Origin: Gemmatimonadota bacterium
Lineage (GTDB): Bacteria; Gemmatimonadota; Gemmatimonadetes; Gemmatimonadales; GWC2-71-9
Length of the DNA stretch: 51,553 bases
Direction: 5' to 3'
Assembly (NCBI GenBank): GCA_040389605.1
Contig: JAZJZU010000019.1
Location: 1-51,553, forward strand
Shown here: positions 44,698 to 51,553 of the stretch, one piece after another
Position numbering within the stretch: position 1 is the first letter of the stretch
How the letters are laid out: every line of letters starts with the position of its first letter
Program-made: the position numbers and the translations under genes
Notes under the pieces: model-generated
Told to the model about the DNA's origin: nothing
Databases searched by the model: none
Seen by the model: the letters and a program-made list of their open reading frames with translations, nothing else

Positions 44698-45171
44698 TCA
44701 GCTGGTGGGGAACACCGGCTCGCACCGCACCTCGCTGCGGACCGAAGCGGCGATGAAACAGGTGTCGTGCGCCTCGTGATGCAGCGCCTCGATCTCATCA
44801 CGAGTGGGAACCAGCGCTCCCGAGAACACCACATCGGGTCGCAGGGTGACCACGCTGATCCAGTCGCGACCGGCGTCATCGCGTGCCATTACGCCAACGG
44901 CGTCATCGCGATACCGGTCAACACGGTAGCCACGCCTGGCCGCGGCATAGAGGAACGTAAGCAGGTGACAGCTCGCGAGCGCCGCCACAAACGCTTCCTC
45001 CGGATCGATCGCCGCCGGATCGGACCAGGGGAGCCGGACGTGCAGCGGGGACGACGACCCGGCCACCTCAATCCCCCCATCGAAGCGCAGGAGATGCCGC
45101 CGACTGTATCGCTTGTCGGTAAACACCGCCTCCCCGCGCTGCCATTCCACCTCGGCGTGATACTCGGCCAT
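44698..45171 (-). CDS. OsmC/Ohr-family peroxiredoxin-like protein
   Basis: Start at ATG 45171 (alternative at 45192). PEEAFVAALASCHLLTF and HHEAHDTCFIAASV carry the two conserved Cys residues of OsmC. Confidence 0.85.
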   Translation of the reverse strand: MAEYHAEVEWQRGEAVFTDKRYSRRHLLRFDGGIEVAGSSSPLHVRLPWSDPAAIDPEEAFVAALASCHLLTFLYAAARRGYRVDRYRDDAVGVMARDDAGRDWISVVTLRPDVVFSGALVPTRDEIEALHHEAHDTCFIAASVRSEVRCEPVFPTS

Positions 45172-45280
45172 ACGCTCCTTACCACCGGGCATTGTGCCTT
45201 CGCCCGGAGTGGGTCTCACGGCGCGACCATCCCCTGACGCAAGATCGCGCCGATGGCCCGCGGCCGCTACCCTCGGAGCA

Positions 45281-45841
45281 TCAGGGCTTTCGCGTCGGTG
45301 CCGATGGATGCGCCGCCTGCCACTTCTCGGCGGCCGCAAGATGGCTGTGCAATAGCGGGAGCTGCTGTGCCAGGAACTGACGCACTTCCGGCCGCGTTGC
45401 CGTGCTGCCCAGCGAGCCTTCCAGCAACTTGATGACCGTCTGGTGCTCCGCAATGATGCACTGGATGAACCGCGCATCGAAGGCGCTGCCACTCAGCAGA
45501 TTGAGTTCGTGCATCGCGGTTTCGTGCGCGTGCGTCAGGACCGTGTCGGTCGGGAGCGCGCGCGTGATGCCAAGGGCCTTCGCCAGCCGCCCGCCCTCCG
45601 TGAGTGATTTCCGGTGGTCGGTCACCATTGTGCTGGCGAGGGAGCGCACATCGCCCCCGCCTGCCTTCGTGCTGGCCAGCTTCGCGGCTTCCGTAATGCT
45701 CGCATCGGCTGCGTTGATGGCTCCCAGGACCGCGGCGTCACCCGTTCGGGGCTGGACCGGGGCGGTGCGCGCCTCGCTCACGGGACGCCCCTGCACCGGC
45801 GCCTGGACCATCAGAAAAATCGACAGAATTCCCGTCAGCAT
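45281..45841 (-). CDS. DUF4142-domain secreted protein (ferritin-like helical)
   Basis: 186 aa, GGAG SD, signal peptide. AAVLGAINAADASITEAAKLA...MVTDHRKS...FDARFIQCIIAEHQTVIKLL is the DUF4142 pattern. Confidence 0.8.
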   Translation of the reverse strand: MLTGILSIFLMVQAPVQGRPVSEARTAPVQPRTGDAAVLGAINAADASITEAAKLASTKAGGGDVRSLASTMVTDHRKSLTEGGRLAKALGITRALPTDTVLTHAHETAMHELNLLSGSAFDARFIQCIIAEHQTVIKLLEGSLGSTATRPEVRQFLAQQLPLLHSHLAAAEKWQAAHPSAPTRKP

Positions 45842-45868
45842 AGTGTACTCCTTACAGCAGCGTGGGCC

Positions 45869-46861
45869 CTATTTGACAGCCGTAGCGGTCGAGTCCTGAT
45901 GGCACTTTCCGCCGGCGGGATCCCAGACGCGTCCCGTCACATCGAGGAAGGCCGAGCGATACTCGCCCTTGCCAAGCGTGAGCTTCAGGACGCCGAAATA
46001 TCCCTGGACACGCGCCGCGCTGGTGGTCCGGGGGTTGTTGCGGAAGCCGCGCATATCGCCACCTCCCGTGCCGACGACGTACTCCACTATCCCGCCCGTA
46101 GAGTCCACCACACCGAGCGAGTTCTGCGGGAGAAACCGCTCGTAGTCGTGGTCGTGGCCATTCAGGATCACGTCGACCCCTCCGGCCTGCAGGATCTCCC
46201 AGAGCGAGCGAGTGGCCGGCGACTCGCCGTGCCAGCCGGAACTGAAGAGCGGATGATGCCAGTAGGCCAGCGTGCAGAGCGCTTGCGGCTTCTTGAGCTC
46301 GGCACGGAGCCAGTCTTCCTGCGCCTGGCGGTCGGCCGCCGAGAAGCTCCCGTTGACGATCATCTCGCTGTTGAGCGCAATCATATGCCAGGCCCCGACA
46401 TCGTAGCTGTAATAGCCCTTGTTGGGCGAGCCGGCCTTGCTTCCGAAGTATTCATAGTACGGCGCGGCACCCACGGTGAGGTGCTCGTGATTGCCAGGCG
46501 AGGGGTGGATCTTCTTCATGATCATCTTGTTCGAGTCACCCCAGGAAGGCGCGAAGCACAGCGCGAAATTGCTGGCGCTGCCACTGGGATACGCATTGTC
46601 TCCGAGGGTGGCGACCTCGCTCGTGACCTTGGCGGCGCTGTCTGCGCGGAGCAGGCTGTCGGTGAGGGCCGCCGTCTGTTCGTCGCCATCTGTCCCGCAG
46701 ACTGCGATGTCCCCCACGGCGATCAGCACCGAGGCACCCGTGAGCGCAACTTCCTTGGCCGTGGCGGTGGCCGGCGCTGGCGTGATCTGCACTGGAATCT
46801 TGCAGGCCACGGCCACGACCAGCCCTGTCAACGCGAGTGCTACCAGACCGTTTCTTTTCAT
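45869..46861 (-). CDS. calcineurin-like metallophosphoesterase lipoprotein
   Basis: ATG 46861 gives the signal peptide with lipobox MKRNGLVALALTGLVVAVAC. Motifs GDIAVCG, GDNAY, GNHE and GHDHDYER are present. Confidence 0.85.
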   Translation of the reverse strand: MKRNGLVALALTGLVVAVACKIPVQITPAPATATAKEVALTGASVLIAVGDIAVCGTDGDEQTAALTDSLLRADSAAKVTSEVATLGDNAYPSGSASNFALCFAPSWGDSNKMIMKKIHPSPGNHEHLTVGAAPYYEYFGSKAGSPNKGYYSYDVGAWHMIALNSEMIVNGSFSAADRQAQEDWLRAELKKPQALCTLAYWHHPLFSSGWHGESPATRSLWEILQAGGVDVILNGHDHDYERFLPQNSLGVVDSTGGIVEYVVGTGGGDMRGFRNNPRTTSAARVQGYFGVLKLTLGKGEYRSAFLDVTGRVWDPAGGKCHQDSTATAVK

Positions 46862-46863
46862 GG

Positions 46864-49476
46864 TCAAATCCCCAGATGTGCGAGGCGAAGCGCGATCACC
46901 GACGTCTGGCCGGTCTCATTGGCGCGCAGGACTCTGATATCGATGGACAGTTCGTGGTACGCCACCCAGAAACCTGCACCGAAGGCATTGTGCCATCCGC
47001 CGGGAGACTCTCCCTTCACGTACACGCGGCCGATGTCGCCGGTGCCGAGGAGTCCGACGTTGAGTGGAAGCACGAACAGGAATTTCGCAACCGGAACCCG
47101 CAGTTCCGCGGTGGCGTAGAGCGAGGCATCACCCGCGTATCGCTGCAGGTCGAGCGTTCGCACGTCGGTTCGGCCGCCGATGAAGGCGGATTCCTGGAAC
47201 GGGAAGTCGCCGAACACCTTTTTTCCGCCCGCTCGCAGGCCGAGGTACGGATGCAGCGGCACCGGAACCGGGAAGTAGACGGCCCCCGAGGCGCTGACCG
47301 AACCGAATCCGCTGCGCACGTCCCAGACGGCCGGGAAGTAGGTCCCGGTAAGCTCCAGCTCGGTTCCGTGGTGCGGATGGCGCTTGGGAACGCGGTCGAC
47401 GTGCAGAAGCGAGAGGCGCAGGCCTGCTTCGCCGAAGCGCCCCGACCCGTACGGCATCGTCGCCGAGATGGCGCGATCGGGGGTGCTGTCGGTCACCGAG
47501 TACTGCAGCACCGGCCCGAAGGAGAGTTCGGTCGTGCGCCCGAGCGTCCGCGCGAGGGCCGGGCGGAACAGCCACTGCCGCTGATTGATGGCGAAGTAGT
47601 CGTCCCGGGGCGTCGATACACCCACCACCGTGCCCGGGCTCTGCGGAGACTGGTTGCCGAGCCCGTGATAATTGACCATCTCGAGCTGGGACATCCGCGC
47701 GAGCGCCGTGAAGTGGAGTGGCGAGGCCTCGTGACGCTGGTCGAGGGTCAGCGCGACGGAGTTGCCCCCGATCTTGAACGAGTGCCGGGCCTCGATGGCG
47801 ATCATTCGCGAATAGGGTTCCTGCCTGAAGCCGTACTGGTACCACGACATTCCGATGCGCGGCTCGATGCCGTAGTCGTGGTTGATGCTCGCCCCGACGA
47901 TCGGCGCGCTCTTGTGGCCCTGGTCACGGCCCGCGGGATGGAGGTGCCCCGCCCTGCCGGTCAGCGGACGCCGATTGAAGAGGGTGTCCTTGCCGTATTC
48001 AACGTTCGTCACGAGACCCTGATCGTACAGATGCGCCTCGCCCTGATGCCCGTCGACTCGCGACGAATCGACGAGCGCATTGCGGCCATTCCCGCCGATG
48101 ATCCAGACCGGGATGCTCTTCGCAACATCGCCACGGACCTCGGCGTGATCATCGCCCCCGTGGAGGTAGAGCCGGATGGCCGTCGTTTCATCGGCGTGGA
48201 ACCGCCGGTCGAAATACGCCGTGCCATCGGGTCCTGTCAGTTGCACGGCCACGGTGTTCGAGTCTGCTCGCGTCACCACGGCGTGATCGGCGGCGTCGGT
48301 TGCGTGGATATCCACCACTCCCGCGAGGTAGGCGTAAAAGCGGTTGGCCACTGCTGGCAGGCTGTCCCGTCGCACGCGCAGCCGGGCCATCAGCTCGGGA
48401 GCAGTCGCGGAGTATTCCGGCGGCATTGCGGCACCGACCGAGGCGATGACCGAGTCGGTCAGGCGCCGCGCGAGGGCAGCTGCCACGGAGTCCCAGGTCG
48501 GCTTCTCCAGTCCATCGAGTAGTCGGTGGTCGAAGTCCAGGCTGTTCCAGGTCAGTCCGCGCATCCCCGCGTAACTGCTGTCGAAGATCATCAGGTTCGC
48601 CGATACCGCGCGACCGATCTTCGGCAGGAAGCCGCTCACCGAGATGAAGGCCTTGTCGTAATCGCGGGAGATCGGCTCCCATCTGGCATTCGGTGAGCCA
48701 CTGAACCTGGCCCACTTCCACTGCCCCGGGTGCCGGTCCCAGTTGTTGACCATCATATCGACCAGTCGCGCTGCCAGAAAAGCGCGGGTGTCGATCTGCA
48801 CCGTGGGATCGCGGTTCAGGAGTCGAAGCAGGGAGTCGCTGTCGATGATGTCGGTCGCCCCGCCGAATCCTCCCTTCGCCTGATGGCCCTCGTCCGGATA
48901 CTGTCCAAAGCCGCCAAGGCGCCCGGCATAGACTTTCCGGAACTCGCCGAGACGCGGGTCGTCCGGCATCGCCACGATGACCACGTTCTCGTGCAGAACC
49001 CCGGCGGCCTCGAGGAGCGGCGGCACCAGGACCCCGGCCGCCGGGTGAGAACTGCTCACCTGATCGCGTGCGAGGTGCTCCACGAGCGGAATGCCGCTCA
49101 ACGACTTGGGAGTCTCGGCCTTTTCCTTGTCAATCGAACGGAAGACGTATTCCACATCGCGCGCCGTCGTGAAGCGCAGCGATTTGGTCTGGTTTCCGCC
49201 GCCTTCCTTCTCGGGTGACAGGCCACCACCAAAACGGCCAAGGTCGAGCACGGGAACGCGGATCGGCGTGAGCCAGAGATCACGATAGGTTCCGCCAAAC
49301 AACGAGCGATGGAATCCGCCTGCCTTGTAGTGCGCCCCTGCCGGCCTGGTCACGCTGTCGCGCGTGTTCAGCACGGGGGCCGTCTGCTGCGCTGACAACG
49401 CGGCAGGAGCGAGCAGGGTCAGGAGGAGGAGCGCTGCGCGGGGTGCAGCGCCTGGAGTCGGTTTCGTGACAGGCAT
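46864..49476 (-). CDS. Omp85/BamA-TamA-type outer-membrane barrel protein with a large N-terminal domain carrying a DRH...D-x-D motif
   Basis: It has a signal peptide (...LLLLTLLAPAALSAQQ). The C-terminal roughly 350 aa are alternating beta strands ending GGRTDVRTLDLQRYAGDASLYATAELRVPV...AFGAGFWVAY, which is surface-antigen/Omp85-like. ATG 49476 overlaps the upstream stop (TGATG); the track ORF starts at GTG 49485. Confidence 0.72.
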   Translation of the reverse strand: MPVTKPTPGAAPRAALLLLTLLAPAALSAQQTAPVLNTRDSVTRPAGAHYKAGGFHRSLFGGTYRDLWLTPIRVPVLDLGRFGGGLSPEKEGGGNQTKSLRFTTARDVEYVFRSIDKEKAETPKSLSGIPLVEHLARDQVSSSHPAAGVLVPPLLEAAGVLHENVVIVAMPDDPRLGEFRKVYAGRLGGFGQYPDEGHQAKGGFGGATDIIDSDSLLRLLNRDPTVQIDTRAFLAARLVDMMVNNWDRHPGQWKWARFSGSPNARWEPISRDYDKAFISVSGFLPKIGRAVSANLMIFDSSYAGMRGLTWNSLDFDHRLLDGLEKPTWDSVAAALARRLTDSVIASVGAAMPPEYSATAPELMARLRVRRDSLPAVANRFYAYLAGVVDIHATDAADHAVVTRADSNTVAVQLTGPDGTAYFDRRFHADETTAIRLYLHGGDDHAEVRGDVAKSIPVWIIGGNGRNALVDSSRVDGHQGEAHLYDQGLVTNVEYGKDTLFNRRPLTGRAGHLHPAGRDQGHKSAPIVGASINHDYGIEPRIGMSWYQYGFRQEPYSRMIAIEARHSFKIGGNSVALTLDQRHEASPLHFTALARMSQLEMVNYHGLGNQSPQSPGTVVGVSTPRDDYFAINQRQWLFRPALARTLGRTTELSFGPVLQYSVTDSTPDRAISATMPYGSGRFGEAGLRLSLLHVDRVPKRHPHHGTELELTGTYFPAVWDVRSGFGSVSASGAVYFPVPVPLHPYLGLRAGGKKVFGDFPFQESAFIGGRTDVRTLDLQRYAGDASLYATAELRVPVAKFLFVLPLNVGLLGTGDIGRVYVKGESPGGWHNAFGAGFWVAYHELSIDIRVLRANETGQTSVIALRLAHLGI

Positions 49477-50381
49477 CAGGGCCACCGGTACAGGGTAAGG
49501 CGTGCCTGGCTGCCCTTTGCCTCGTCACTGATGATCAGGATGTGATCACCGGTGATGGCAATGCCTTCCGGTTGCGGATGATTCGGCGGCAGCGGACGGG
49601 AAAACACGACGTCACCCGCAGGAGTGATTTCCACGATCCCCTTTTCCAGGGAGGAGAGCAAAACGTAGTTCCCGCTCGCCGGGTCGACGGTGATGTCCGA
49701 TGGCGAGAAGTCATCCCACTTGTTCGCGCCAATCACGCGATCCACGGGAATCAGCATCGGAACCAGGGATTGTCCTTCAAGGCTGCCATTGGCGCCCACG
49801 GTCGCGCGGAAGATCACCACGTTGCCCTTGAGGTCCTTGTCGTGCGTCTTCTTGCAGGCAAACAACAGCTGGCTCGCGGTCGAATCGTAGGCCATTCCCT
49901 CGAACTCGCACTTCGAGCCCAGGTCGGTGTCGTATTTTTCATACGCCACCGAGGCACCATCGGCCCCTTGCCGGAAGCGGTAGAGCAGTCCGTCGCTGGT
50001 GAACAGCAGCAACAGGTTGCCGATCCGGGTGATCGACTCGAAGTCACCGTGGACAGGGGGCGACCCGAGCGTGAACTCTCCGGTGATCCGGCCGCGTCGG
50101 TAGTCAATCTCGAAGATCTTCCCGCGCTCATCGCCGTGCGCGAGCAACCGGCCGTTTGGGGTCACGACCATTCCCGAAATTTCGTTCAGCTTTTCGGGGA
50201 GCTTCCATAGCGCGACGGGACCCTGCGACCCGGCCTGGGTCGTGTCCTGCAACGACTGCACCAGGCGAGCCTCACGCGCCGCAAGCAGCGCACTGTCGCT
50301 GGCAGCCGCGTCAGCCGCGTCACCACGCGCGCAGCCGGTGCCGAGCGCACCGAGCAGCAGGAGTGCGAGTCGACCCCTCAC
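49476..50381 (-). CDS. SdiA-regulated-domain (YjiK-like) beta-propeller protein, probably a lipoprotein
   Basis: 301 aa. The GTG start overlaps the upstream stop (GTGA). Signal peptide RGRLALLLLGALGTGC. LNEISGMVVTPNGRLLAHGDERGKIFEID and PEGIAITGDHILIISDE resemble PF06977. Confidence 0.72.
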   Translation of the reverse strand: MRGRLALLLLGALGTGCARGDAADAAASDSALLAAREARLVQSLQDTTQAGSQGPVALWKLPEKLNEISGMVVTPNGRLLAHGDERGKIFEIDYRRGRITGEFTLGSPPVHGDFESITRIGNLLLLFTSDGLLYRFRQGADGASVAYEKYDTDLGSKCEFEGMAYDSTASQLLFACKKTHDKDLKGNVVIFRATVGANGSLEGQSLVPMLIPVDRVIGANKWDDFSPSDITVDPASGNYVLLSSLEKGIVEITPAGDVVFSRPLPPNHPQPEGIAITGDHILIISDEAKGSQARLTLYRWP

Positions 50382-51463
50382 GATGCGCGCTTCTCGAGTG
50401 CGGCGCCCTCACCCATCTCGAGGTCGGCCGACAGGACCGTGTTGCCCGCACTCTCGTGGAGTGCGGTCATGAACTGTTCGCGACTCACGCTCTTCCGCAC
50501 ACCCACGAGATAGTAGATCTCGCCCGGCTTCCCCTCTGTCGTAATGACCTGGTCGAGCCGCCAGCGGCGAGCCAGCCGGTCGAGCACCAGCTCGATCCGC
50601 TTCTGGGCTTCGCCCACCATCTCCGAGGTCACCATCAGCACGGCATTGAATCGGGGCTTCTTCTGTTTCGTGCCCAGCAGCTTTTCGATCTTCTCGAATC
50701 GCTTCGCCAGCCGGGCGGCCTTCTTCGGCGAGAGCGCCAGCACCAGGTCGCGGTCGGGAATGCTCGCCTCAATATCCTTCTCGGCCAGGTCACCCAGCGG
50801 CTCGGCCCACTGTGACGCGGCCGTCGGCTCGAGCACGTTCCGGCCGAAGTCGTACCGCCAGATCAGCAGGACCACGAAATTGAACGTGATCGACAGCACC
50901 GCGGCCACCAGCAGCGACTGCACGCCGGCCGCCAGGCCAACCCCGATGCCAAGGAAGATGTAGACCATATCCCGGACATCGAGCGTCGTGGTGCGGAAGC
51001 GGAGTCCCGCCACGATGCCACCGAGCGAGAACGCGAGTGCGAGCGAGGACCGCACGACCAGGACGATGCCGGCGACCACCAGCGGCAGGATGATCAGCGT
51101 CTGCACAATGCTCTGGTCAGCATCGCGGTGCCGCCGGGCCGACATGAAGACCCAGCTGACTGGCAGCATCAGGGCCAGGGTGGTCAGCATCACTCCGAAC
51201 GACATCACCACCAGCGAGAGTCCGGATTCCGCAGGGACCGCAGCAATCCGTTCCTGATTCTTCGAGAGGCCATCCTGCAGCAGCTGGGAGTCGTTCACCA
51301 GTGCACTCGCGTGATCGCCCTGAATCACGTGGCCGACTGGCGGAACGAAATAGATCAGTGCCGCCACGACGACGGCCAGCGCGATGTAGTACGCGGCAAG
51401 CCGCCGAAGCGGCTTGTCCGACCCAAGGGTCAGGATGTCGATCGAGTGCTTGAAGAACCCCAT
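50378..51463 (-). CDS. DUF4956-domain membrane protein with an extra C-terminal soluble domain of about 140 aa
   Basis: 361 aa. The core LALAFSLGGIVAGLRFRTTTLDVRDMVYIFLGIGVGLAAGV matches my memory of the DUF4956 motif (..RFRT.i.D.rD..f.F..i..G...G). The C-terminal half is charged and soluble. Confidence 0.62.
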   Translation of the reverse strand: MGFFKHSIDILTLGSDKPLRRLAAYYIALAVVVAALIYFVPPVGHVIQGDHASALVNDSQLLQDGLSKNQERIAAVPAESGLSLVVMSFGVMLTTLALMLPVSWVFMSARRHRDADQSIVQTLIILPLVVAGIVLVVRSSLALAFSLGGIVAGLRFRTTTLDVRDMVYIFLGIGVGLAAGVQSLLVAAVLSITFNFVVLLIWRYDFGRNVLEPTAASQWAEPLGDLAEKDIEASIPDRDLVLALSPKKAARLAKRFEKIEKLLGTKQKKPRFNAVLMVTSEMVGEAQKRIELVLDRLARRWRLDQVITTEGKPGEIYYLVGVRKSVSREQFMTALHESAGNTVLSADLEMGEGAALEKRAS

Positions 51464-51553
51464 GGACCCGCCGGAAGAGGGTAAGGCGCTACATCCTGCC
51501 TCGGGGGAAGACGGTCAAGTCGCTCCCTGCAACACCCGGGGGGCTTCGGGGTG

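Noticed and set aside
51464-51553. A candidate promoter upstream of the DUF4956 gene: TTGACC on the minus strand at 51518-51513.
   Set aside because: The best -10 candidates at 17-19 nt spacing (GATGTA / ATGTAG) match TATAAT poorly. The window also ends here, so the context is missing.
1-51553. A search for CRISPR arrays, rRNA genes, transposases, integrases, toxin-antitoxin pairs and known defence-system domains.
   Set aside because: I saw no regularly spaced direct repeats, no rRNA-like conserved segments, and no DDE, tyrosine-recombinase or serine-recombinase motifs in any frame I read. I also recognised no nuclease, helicase or TIR/SIR2-type defence signatures. This is visual inspection only; HMM searches could still find something.

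Overview
This is a 51.5 kb high-GC chromosomal segment. Hand counts of typical 60-nt lines give about 65-68% GC. The gene content (ADOP duplicated permease, DUF5916/CBM9-like barrel, LVIVD-like propeller, several BNR/Asp-box proteins, many lipoproteins and secreted hydrolases) suggests a Gram-negative soil or sediment lineage such as Gemmatimonadota or Acidobacteriota; that assignment is inference only. I can support about 50 protein-coding genes, mostly on the minus strand and tightly packed. Many gene junctions have overlapping stop and start codons (GTGA, TTGA, TGATG). I found no rRNA, intact tRNA, CRISPR array, transposase or integrase. Two points about the ORF track matter. It shows GTG and TTG starts as 'M'. 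Many of its ORFs are over-extended at the 5' end or are Arg/Pro/Gly-rich shadow ORFs opposite real genes. I re-set starts where a signal peptide, a Shine-Dalgarno (SD) sequence or the upstream stop codon supported it. Most of the window is ordinary housekeeping, detoxification or envelope content: RidA, DmpA-like peptidase, DASS symporter, LepB, MsrA, VOC/MhqO-like dioxygenases, FMN reductases, Csp, DPP-IV, acyl-CoA dehydrogenase, LtaS-like transferase, OsmC. Four things deserve a second look. (1) A clearly lower-GC island at about 20.1-23.4 kb carries an S8 subtilase lipoprotein bracketed by two paralogous lipoproteins. These look like tandem I9/propeptide-like domains and share a C-terminal CDCS motif. 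This is my best candidate for an undescribed module. (2) A BNR-propeller gene is translationally coupled to a MoaD/ThiS-like beta-grasp protein ending in Gly-Gly. (3) An overlapping operon encodes DUF4956, an SdiA-regulated propeller, an Omp85-type barrel with a DRH kinase-like motif, and a metallophosphoesterase lipoprotein. (4) A secreted protein consists of two tandem cupredoxin-like domains. All family assignments come from reading motifs by eye; no database search was run.
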